The notes under the pieces: generated by a model | What the model was told of the DNA's origin: nothing | Databases searched by the model: none | The model's input: the letters and a program-made list of their open reading frames with translations, nothing else | Made by a program: the position numbers and the translations under genes | Shown here: positions 38,648 to 46,209 of the stretch, one piece after another | Layout of the letters: each line of letters begins with the position of its first letter | Numbering within the stretch: the first letter of the stretch is position 1 | NCBI GenBank assembly: GCA_040382075.1 | Contig: JBEIGD010000018.1 | Coordinates: 10,161 to 74,160, forward strand | Direction of reading: 5' to 3' | Length of the DNA stretch: 64,000 bases | Origin: Opitutaceae bacterium | GTDB taxonomy: Bacteria; Verrucomicrobiota; Verrucomicrobiia; Opitutales; Opitutaceae

Positions 38648-39613
38648 TCAGCGGCCCTTGGGGCCGCGCGCGGTGGCGTGCATCAGGCCGCGGATGTAGC
38701 CGTACGCAAAGAGCCGGGCCTTCATCGTGTAGCCGGGCTCGCCGTCGTCCTCACCCACCAACTGCGGCACGTGGTCCGGGCGCATGCAGCCGGTGAAGCC
38801 GATGTCGCGGTAGGCGCGCATCGCCTCCGCCATGTCGGTGGGACCGTTGTCGTGGAACGTTTCGATGAAGTCCTCCGGCGTGCCCCGCACGTCGCGGAAG
38901 TGCACGTAGGCGATGTGACTCCCGAGGCGGCGGATCGCGGCCGGAATGTCGAGCGGGAGGGCCGAGAACGTTCCCTGACAGAAGCAGAGCTTGTTGGCCT
39001 TGCTCGGGACGAGTCTCATCAGCTTCTCGAAACCCTCGATGGTATTCATGATCCGGTCCTTGCCGAGGAAGACGGGCAGCGGCGGATCGTCGGGGTGCAT
39101 GGCGAGCGTCACGCCGCAGTCCTCGGCGACGGGCACGACGGCGTTGAGGAAACGCTCGAGGTTGTCCCAGAGGGCGGCGGCGGTGATCGGCGCGGACGAG
39201 AGCGACGCCGTGGTCGGGGACAGCGACCGGGCGCGTTCCACGTCCTTCAGACGGAACGCCGTCGTCTTGGCGCCGCCGCGCTCGCGCGCGTCGAGCTGGG
39301 TGCGGACCCAGTCGGTGCCGGCCATGAAGTTGTAGCACAGCAGCGGAATTCCGAGCTCCGCCATGTCCCGCAGCAGACGCTTCACCGCATCCAGTTCGGT
39401 CCCGTCGTCAGCACCGATCTTGATGTTCTCGATCGGCAGGTAGCCCTCGACGACGGACAGCCGGAGTCCGAACGACTCGATCAGCCGCTTCGTCTCCGTG
39501 AGCTGGGACCGTCCCCGCGTCGGGTAGCGCGAGACGATGTCGGTGACGCCGCACTGCGCAGCCAACTGCAGGTTTTCCTCGGAGAGCGGGGTCAGGACGC
39601 TGGCGAGCTTCAT
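38648..39613 (-). CDS. uxuA: Mannonate dehydratase family protein (short UxuA-type)
   Basis: YNFMAGTDWVRT, HPDDPP, FCQGTF, HFRDVRG..FIETFHDNGPTDM and MRPDHVP are all UxuA-family landmarks. Confidence 0.7.
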   Translation of the reverse strand: MKLASVLTPLSEENLQLAAQCGVTDIVSRYPTRGRSQLTETKRLIESFGLRLSVVEGYLPIENIKIGADDGTELDAVKRLLRDMAELGIPLLCYNFMAGTDWVRTQLDARERGGAKTTAFRLKDVERARSLSPTTASLSSAPITAAALWDNLERFLNAVVPVAEDCGVTLAMHPDDPPLPVFLGKDRIMNTIEGFEKLMRLVPSKANKLCFCQGTFSALPLDIPAAIRRLGSHIAYVHFRDVRGTPEDFIETFHDNGPTDMAEAMRAYRDIGFTGCMRPDHVPQLVGEDDGEPGYTMKARLFAYGYIRGLMHATARGPKGR

Positions 39614-39718
39614 GGTGCGGAGAGTAGGCGGTGGGCAGCGCGGGTTCTAGTGGAAAGCGGCCTGATGCGCCGAGGGCCGACTCGACTGCTTCCGGCGGCC
39701 GGACCGCCGGTTCGTGGG

Positions 39719-40468
39719 TCAGGCCGGCTCGGGCAGGTAGCGGTTAACGTCCTCGCGGCGCCGGCCGCGGAGGTGGAAGACCCCCGGCCAGGACGGATCG
39801 GTGATGCGGGTGGAGGAGCGGATCACGCGGACCACGAGGTTGAGCCGCCAGTGCTCGGAGGATTGGTTGGCGTTCGATCCGTGGATGACGTTCGGGTGAT
39901 GCATGGAGAGATCACCCGGATCCAACTGGAGGTCGACGGCTCGGCTCTCGTCGACGATCGACTCGTCGATGCTGCTGCCGAGGAGGCTCTCCCGGTCTTT
40001 CCGCTCCTGCAGGGCCTTCAGCTCCAGGTGCTGGGTCCCGGGAATGACGCGCATGCAGCCGTTGAAGACCTTCGACTCGGTGATCGCGAGCCAGAGCGTG
40101 CAGACCTCCATCGGCTCGAGCGGCCAATAGCCACCGTCCTGGTGCCAGAGGACCGCCATCTTGCTCGCCGGCGACTTGATGATGTAGCCGGCGGCGAAGA
40201 GGGCGAGGTCGGGTCCGAGGGACTGCTCGGCGATATCGAGCACGCGCGGCTGGCGAATGAGGCGCAGGTAGAAGGGGTCGGTGCGGTAGAGCGGGATCTG
40301 GTGCAGCTTGTCGAACGGCAGGTCAGGGTGCTGGGCGATGGTGGCATGGACGTGCTGCGCCGCCTCGCGCATGAGGGCGGGCGGAACGACGTTGCGGACG
40401 ATGACGTAGCCGTCGCGCTCGTAGGCTGGCCGGACGTCGGTGAGTTGATCGAGGGTGAGTGAGCTCAT
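39719..40468 (-). CDS. Phytanoyl-CoA dioxygenase (PhyH) family Fe(II)/2-oxoglutarate dioxygenase
   Basis: Start at ATG 40466-40468 (MSSLTLDQL...YERDGYVIV). H-x-D facial triad context LWHQDGGYW and distal His in VIHGSNAN. Confidence 0.7.
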   Translation of the reverse strand: MSSLTLDQLTDVRPAYERDGYVIVRNVVPPALMREAAQHVHATIAQHPDLPFDKLHQIPLYRTDPFYLRLIRQPRVLDIAEQSLGPDLALFAAGYIIKSPASKMAVLWHQDGGYWPLEPMEVCTLWLAITESKVFNGCMRVIPGTQHLELKALQERKDRESLLGSSIDESIVDESRAVDLQLDPGDLSMHHPNVIHGSNANQSSEHWRLNLVVRVIRSSTRITDPSWPGVFHLRGRRREDVNRYLPEPA

Positions 40469-40716
40469 GGCGGTGTGGGGATGACCGCAGCGTGGTGCGG
40501 ACCTGGGAGCGCGCAAAGCGCCCGACACTGTCTGAAGGGTGGACAGGTTTTCGGCCGACCGGGCCGCGCAGCGGACGGTGACTGTTTCAGGCGTACGTGC
40601 GGTGCCCACGGCGGCGGCCGTCGTAGTTCGGTGCGGGAGGGAACGGCGTTCGCGGGGTGAGGGGAGGCGGGCGTCGGCTCACGGCTGTCGACCGGACTCC
40701 GGTCGGGGAAACGGAG

Positions 40717-42420
40717 CTACTTGGCGCGCGGCGAGAACTGGTAGGCGTAGAGATCGGCGTCCTGCAGCACGAAGCGCAGGCGCACGGCGCGGCCGGCGAG
40801 GGCGCCGACATTGCTGCCGCCGCGCCATGTGACGACGCGCTCGATCGTGTCGCCGAAGTGCGGCGGGCAGTCGGCGAGGGCGAAGCCGGGCAGTGGCTTG
40901 CCGTCGAGGTCCTGGATTTCGACCCGGATGCTGCCGGCGGCGGAGGTGGCGAAGTTGAGGGCGAGCACGTTGCCCTGGAATTGGATGGGCGTGGTCAGGA
41001 GTTCGCCCCCGGACATCGGGGCCTCGGCGGAGACGAAGCCGTCGAGGCGCAGCGTGTAGCGGCGCAGCGCGCTGCCCGGGGGTGTCCAGTAGCTCTCGGT
41101 CGCGAAGAAAGACAGCTCATCGGGGGCTCCCGGGAGATCCGACTTGGTCTCGATGACGTGCCATGCGGTGTACTGGTGGCCGTAGTTCCAAGTGCCCTCG
41201 CGCTCGATTCCCGGCGGGAGGAAGGCCTCGTTCCAGCGCTTGAACGCGACCCCGTCGCGGCTGGCCATTAGCACCGTCTCGGTGATGGCGCTGCCGTAGC
41301 GCTCGGATCCGCCCGTGGCGCGGCGCTCGCGCTGTTCGAGATCCGGCAGGGCGCGGAGGGAAGCGGACCACTGTTGCAACTGCTCCGGCGTGGCCTTGGT
41401 CCGGGCCTCGCCCAACCCGTCGTTCAACTCCCGTTCGAGGTAGCGGACCGGCAGTCCGATCAGCAGGTGCGGGGCGCGGTGGTACGGCTTGACCGCATTC
41501 GTGTACAGGTGAGTGCGGGGTGCGTCCGGAAAAACCACATCCTGCTGATTCTCCCAGTGGATGAAGTCCTTCGAGGTCGCGGTGCGGATCGAACGGATGC
41601 CGACGTAGGGTTGGTCGGGCGTACCGCGGTCGAAGTACCGCCAGTAGGCGCGGTAGACGCCGCGCTCGGAGTCCCAGAACGCGAGGTTCTGCGAGTCGAA
41701 GGCGCCGTCGGTGATTACGGGGTGCTTCACGAGCGGGGTCCAACGCAGGCCATCGGCCGACTTCAGGGCGACCAAGCCCCGCCGGTTATGCGCCGCAGTC
41801 GGACCCTGCGGGCGCTCCGGGGTCGCGCCCGCGCCCGGCGGGGGCGGGGCGAGGCGCGTGAGGATGAGAGCCTTGTAGCGGGCGTCGGGCGGCGCGGCGG
41901 GATTCTCGTCCTTGAAAAACGCCATTTCCGATGGGTCGATTTGCACCCCGTCGAGATCCCCGCTGACCAGAACGATGTTGTTCGCCTTCGATCCCTCGAA
42001 CGCGTGCAGCCCCAGCTCCGGCTTGCGCCACCGGATGCCGTCGTCGCTCTCCGCGTAGAGCGCCAGCTTGTGGGTCACCTTGCCCGCCTTGTTCGACTCG
42101 TAGGCCGGGTTCACGTTGTAGCCGCGGTAGTACATCCGGAAGAGATTCCCGTCGCGGAAGACGCAGTGATACACGCACCCGGTTCCCTCCCACGGGAGGT
42201 CGTGTTCCAGCGCCATTTCGCGCGGGATGGGCCGGTGCAGGCGCAGCTGGGCGCCGCCCGAGAGGCGTTCGACCAAAGCCGAGTCGACGAACAACTCGCG
42301 GCGCGAGCCGATGTCGGTGACGGGCGGCGACGACGCGGCGAGGAGGCTGGCGGTGAACGAGGCGAGCAACGCGGCTCCGGCAGTCAGGCGGAAACGGAGG
42401 GAGGAGGCGGATGGGGTCAT
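40717..42420 (-). CDS. Secreted hypothetical protein, probable beta-propeller glycoside-hydrolase-like fold plus C-terminal beta-sandwich
   Basis: Signal peptide. RELFVDSALVERL...PWEGTGCVYHCVFRDGNLFRMYYRG...ESDDGIRWRKP resembles GH32/43/117-clan-like uncharacterised proteins. No catalytic residues assigned. Confidence 0.4.
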   Translation of the reverse strand: MTPSASSLRFRLTAGAALLASFTASLLAASSPPVTDIGSRRELFVDSALVERLSGGAQLRLHRPIPREMALEHDLPWEGTGCVYHCVFRDGNLFRMYYRGYNVNPAYESNKAGKVTHKLALYAESDDGIRWRKPELGLHAFEGSKANNIVLVSGDLDGVQIDPSEMAFFKDENPAAPPDARYKALILTRLAPPPPGAGATPERPQGPTAAHNRRGLVALKSADGLRWTPLVKHPVITDGAFDSQNLAFWDSERGVYRAYWRYFDRGTPDQPYVGIRSIRTATSKDFIHWENQQDVVFPDAPRTHLYTNAVKPYHRAPHLLIGLPVRYLERELNDGLGEARTKATPEQLQQWSASLRALPDLEQRERRATGGSERYGSAITETVLMASRDGVAFKRWNEAFLPPGIEREGTWNYGHQYTAWHVIETKSDLPGAPDELSFFATESYWTPPGSALRRYTLRLDGFVSAEAPMSGGELLTTPIQFQGNVLALNFATSAAGSIRVEIQDLDGKPLPGFALADCPPHFGDTIERVVTWRGGSNVGALAGRAVRLRFVLQDADLYAYQFSPRAK

Positions 42421-42538
42421 GGGGAATAAGAGCCAAGAGGGGTGCGGATCGGAAGGCGTGGGTGCGGAGGTCCGCCCGCTCCCGGGACGAGGCTCGCAAC
42501 CCCGGTTAGGTTAAGCCGAGTCAAGCGGGCGGGAAGGC

Positions 42539-43675
42539 TTGACAGCCTGTATTCTTTCCAGACAGCGATCCTTTCCCGTGACTGCTGCCGACCGTCCCAC
42601 GCCCTTCCGCCGCGCGAGCATCCCGGACCAGGTGGCGGCGGCGCTCCGGGAGAGCGTTCGCGATGGCTCGTTGGGGGATCCGCTTCCCGGCGAGCACGAG
42701 TTGGCGGTTCGGTACGGCGTGAGCCGCTCCTCGCTCCGCAGCGCGCTCCAGCAGCTGGAGGCGGAGGGGCTTTTGGTTCGTAGCAACGGCCGACGCGCCC
42801 GCTTCAATCCCACCCGCCCGGCTCCGCCTCCGGCGCAGCCGACCGTGTGCGTGGTCTGCCCTTCCTCCCGCGAGACGGTCGCGCTGCACAAGCACCCGAT
42901 CCTCATGGAAATGCGGGCGCGGTGCGCGAACCGGGGGATTCGTTGGGAGGAGGTATTCGACGCCCGGCTCGCCGGCTCGCGGCCGGGGCCGCAACTGCGG
43001 CGGATCACGGTGGGCCGCCGCGGCATCTGCTGGGTCCTGCTCGCCTGCGGCGCGCCGATTCAGCGGTGGTTCGCGTCCTCGGGCGCTCCCACGCTGGTGC
43101 TCGGCTCCTGTGCACCGGGGGTCGAGTTACCGTCGAACGACGTCGATTTCCGCGCCATCGGGTGGCATGCGGCGGGACGGATCATCGGCCTTGGGCACCG
43201 GCGGATCACGATCCTCCAGCCGCCCCGACCGCTGCCCGGCGACCTAGCCGCTCAGGAGGGCTTCCTCGCCTACGCGCAGCGAGCGTCGGTCCGGGTCAAC
43301 GTGAGCGCGCTGCCGGCGGACGGCTCGCGGATGCTCTGGGGCACGCGCATCCGGGCTCTCATGCGGTCGCCGAGCGCGCCCACGGCGGTGTTCACCACCC
43401 GCGTGACCCACGCGCTCGGGGTGATTTACCACGGGTTCAGTGTCGGGCGGCGCATCCCCGGCGACTTGTCGGTGGTGCTGGGCAAGTCGGACCTCATGCT
43501 GGAGACTGCGCTTCCCGAGGTGGCGCGGTACCGCGACGTTCATCTCCGGCAGGCGGCGCTGGCGATGCGGGTCGTTGAGGCGATGCTCACCGGCCACGTG
43601 ATGGCGCGGAAGCCCACGCAACTGGTCCCGGCCTTCATCCCGGGGTCGACGCTGGGTCCCGCTCCGGTGTCGTGA
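42539..43675 (+). CDS. Hybrid regulator: GntR-type winged-HTH N-terminus fused to a LacI/PBP1-like ligand-binding domain
   Basis: IPDQVAAALRESVRDGSLGDPLPGEHELAVRYGVSRSSLRSALQQLEAEGLLV followed by about 270 aa of binding-protein-like sequence. The start is uncertain (TTG 42539 or GTG 42578). Confidence 0.6.
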   Translation: MTACILSRQRSFPVTAADRPTPFRRASIPDQVAAALRESVRDGSLGDPLPGEHELAVRYGVSRSSLRSALQQLEAEGLLVRSNGRRARFNPTRPAPPPAQPTVCVVCPSSRETVALHKHPILMEMRARCANRGIRWEEVFDARLAGSRPGPQLRRITVGRRGICWVLLACGAPIQRWFASSGAPTLVLGSCAPGVELPSNDVDFRAIGWHAAGRIIGLGHRRITILQPPRPLPGDLAAQEGFLAYAQRASVRVNVSALPADGSRMLWGTRIRALMRSPSAPTAVFTTRVTHALGVIYHGFSVGRRIPGDLSVVLGKSDLMLETALPEVARYRDVHLRQAALAMRVVEAMLTGHVMARKPTQLVPAFIPGSTLGPAPVS

Positions 43676-43775
43676 TGGGAACGGAGCCGGGTGCGGGACC
43701 GACTGGGCGGCGCGGCGCGGTTTCCCGGGGCTGCATCCGATCCTGGCACCACGGGGCGGATTGTGGATGCGAGTG

Positions 43776-44686
43776 CTACTGCGCTGCGGTCGGCGGACGG
43801 TCGATCGCTTGGTAAACGAGGTTGCGGAAGAGCTCGATTGGCTCGCTGTGTGAGGTGGGCGCGATCTGGCGGTAGAGCAGGAAGACCATCCGCTCCTGCG
43901 GGTCGACCCGAGCGGTGCGAAGATTCGTTCGCGGAAGAAGGCATCGAGGGTTTGTCCGGAGATCTGCTCGACGAGGCAGCCGAGCAGGTCGGTGTTGAGG
44001 CCGTAGGTCCAGCGTTCCCCCGGCTGGTGCATCAGCGGCACGGCGGCGAGACGGTTCATCGCGGCGAGGAGTGTGTCACCTTGGACATCCAGTCCCACCC
44101 GGATTCCGGCCTTGGCGTAAAGGGCGACGGCATCGCGGGAGCCGATCACGGCGTACCCGAGGCCGGACGTGTGGGTGAGCAGGTCGCGGATCGTGATGTC
44201 GCGCTTCGCCGGCACGGTGGTGGTCGAGCCATCGGCCGGATTGAACGACGCCAGCACCTGCTGGTTGCGGTAGGCGGGAAGATAGCGCGAGACGGGATCG
44301 TCGAGGCGAAGGCGACCCTCCTCCATCAGCATCATGATGGCGACGCTGGTGACCGCCTTGGCCTGGGACGCGATGCGGAAGATCGCGTCGGTGCGGAGTG
44401 GGGTGCGGGCCTCCAGATCGGCGTAGCCGGCGGCGCGAAGAAAGGCCACGTGGCCGTCACGGATCACGAGGGCGACGCAGCCCGGCAGCCAGCCGCGCTG
44501 CAGTCAGTCGTTCATGGCGCTCTCCACGCGGGCGAGCCGCTCGGGAGAGAAGCCGGCCTCGACCGCCTGCGCTCGGACGGATTCCGCGGCGGCGGCGGAG
44601 GCGTTGGGAGCAAACAGCGCCGCTCCGAGCGCCGCGATCAGGACAAAGGTGCAGGACCGGAGACGGAGGACTGGAGTCATGGGCAT
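43776..44686 (-). pseudogene. Decayed beta-lactamase-family serine hydrolase gene (in-frame TGA plus internal deletion/frameshift)
   Basis: N-terminus with signal peptide (44504-44686) ends ...ESAMND-TGA(44504-44506). The same frame continues LQRGWLPGCVALVIRDGHVAFL... with the S-x-x-K motif (SQAK). After ...RERIFAPLG (about 43905) the frame degenerates. A different frame reads VDPQERMVFLLYRQ...FRNLVYQAIDRPPTAAQ-stop (43776-43778). Confidence 0.65.
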
Positions 44687-44800
44687 AGCGGACGTGGGCC
44701 CAGCGTGCCAAGGGCCGGGCGTACTCCACCCGCGCGCGCAAGAACGTGGGTGACAGGGGCGTGGGTGAAGCGAGCGCCGTGACCCGCGCCGGCGCCGACC

Positions 44801-46120
44801 TCATGAGTCGAGTTCGGCGTGACGGCTTTCCTTGAGGTAGATCGCGCCGATGACCGTGGTGATCGCGGCGATGGCGATCGGGTAGGCGAGGCCGGCGTAC
44901 GGATTGCCGAACTTGGCCACCAAGCTGGTGGCGATGAACGGCGTGAGTCCGCCGAAGATGCCGTTTCCGATGTGGTAGGGCAGGGACATCGACGTGTAGC
45001 GGATCCGGGTCGGGAAGATCTCGACGAGGAAGGCGGCGATCGGTCCGTACGTCATGGCGGCGAGGATCACGAGCGTGAGCAGCAGGGCCACGATCATGAC
45101 GTGGTTGATCGGGTTGGCAAAGTGCTGCAGGCCGGCGAAGACGGGGATGTACAGCAAGGCCGCCAAAGCCATGCCTCCGAGCACGACGGGCTTGCGACCG
45201 ATCTTGTCGGAGATGCTGGCGAAGAGCACGAATGCCGGCGTTCCGAGGAGCAGTGCGATCGCGATCAGCGTGAGTGAGACCTCGTAGGGAACCTTGAGCA
45301 CCGTCTGGAGGAAGTACATCGCGTAGAACTGGCCCGTGTACCAGACGACGCCCTGTCCGGCGGTGGCGCCGAAGAGGGAAATCAGGACCAGTCGGCGATT
45401 CTCGCGATTGAGGAAGCTCTCCTTGATGGGATTGCGCGCGAGCTTGCCCGCCGCCTTGGCCTTCGCGAAGAGCGGCGACTCCTCCATGCTGATGCGGATG
45501 TAGTAGGAGAGGCCAACGAGGACGATCGAGAGCAGGAACGGCAGGCGCCAGCCCCAGTCATTGAACTTTTCCACGCCGATGGCTTCGCGGATCGCGAGGA
45601 TGACGACGATGGCGAGCAGCAGGCCGGCGGTGGCGGTGATCTGGATGAAGCTCGTGTAGAATCCTCGGTGGGCGCGCGGGGCGTGTTCGGCGACGTAGGT
45701 CGCAGCGCCGCCGTATTCGCCACCAATGGCGAGGCCCTGCACCATGCGGAGGATGACAAGCAAGATGGGGGCGATGATGCCGATGGCTTCGTAGTCTGGC
45801 AGGAGGCCGATCGCGAAGGTCGCCCCGCCCATCAGCAGCAGCGTGAGCAGAAACGTGTACTTGCGGCCTACGATGTCGCCGATGTGGCCGAACACGATGG
45901 CGCCAAAGGGTCGGATCACAAACCCGGTGGCGAAGGTCGCCAGCGTGAGGAGCAGTGCGGCGGTCTCGTTGTTCTTCGGAAAGAAGTGCCCGGCGATGAT
46001 CGTCGCCAGCGCACCGTAGACGAAGAAGTCGTACCATTCGATCAACGTGCCGACGGACGAGGCGATGATGACCTTCCAGAGCGTTTTCTTATCGGAGTGG
46101 CGGGGGGCGGGGGACGACAT
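44801..46120 (-). CDS. MFS transporter, metabolite:H+ symporter (MHS) family
   Basis: Start at ATG 46118-46120. GTLIEWYDFFVYGALA and GHIGDIVGRKY motifs. 12 predicted hydrophobic segments. Confidence 0.8.
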   Translation of the reverse strand: MSSPAPRHSDKKTLWKVIIASSVGTLIEWYDFFVYGALATIIAGHFFPKNNETAALLLTLATFATGFVIRPFGAIVFGHIGDIVGRKYTFLLTLLLMGGATFAIGLLPDYEAIGIIAPILLVILRMVQGLAIGGEYGGAATYVAEHAPRAHRGFYTSFIQITATAGLLLAIVVILAIREAIGVEKFNDWGWRLPFLLSIVLVGLSYYIRISMEESPLFAKAKAAGKLARNPIKESFLNRENRRLVLISLFGATAGQGVVWYTGQFYAMYFLQTVLKVPYEVSLTLIAIALLLGTPAFVLFASISDKIGRKPVVLGGMALAALLYIPVFAGLQHFANPINHVMIVALLLTLVILAAMTYGPIAAFLVEIFPTRIRYTSMSLPYHIGNGIFGGLTPFIATSLVAKFGNPYAGLAYPIAIAAITTVIGAIYLKESRHAELDS

Positions 46121-46209
46121 GGGTGGGTAAAAAAATGCTGCCAACCGCTAGCGAAGTGCCGCGGTGAAGGGAAGCGGATAGTCGATGCCGCGGGGCCGCC
46201 GGTGCGCGA

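Noticed and set aside
43244-43900. C-terminal 220 codons of track ORF 43244-44467.
   Set aside because: This sequence is out-of-frame read-through after the lesion in the beta-lactamase-family pseudogene. It runs antisense through the well-supported regulator gene 42539-43675.
44444-44455. Perfect 12-bp palindrome GGCCACGTGGCC considered as a parS-like or regulatory site.
   Set aside because: It lacks the TGTTNCAC/GTGAAACA arms of parS, lies inside a pseudogene coding frame far from parB, and is GC-rich enough to occur by chance.
44504-44506. In-frame TGA as a possible selenocysteine codon.
   Set aside because: The position is not a catalytic or redox residue of this family, and I saw no convincing hairpin directly downstream. 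The same gene carries a second disruptive lesion. A nonsense mutation is the simpler reading, although a SECIS search would settle it.
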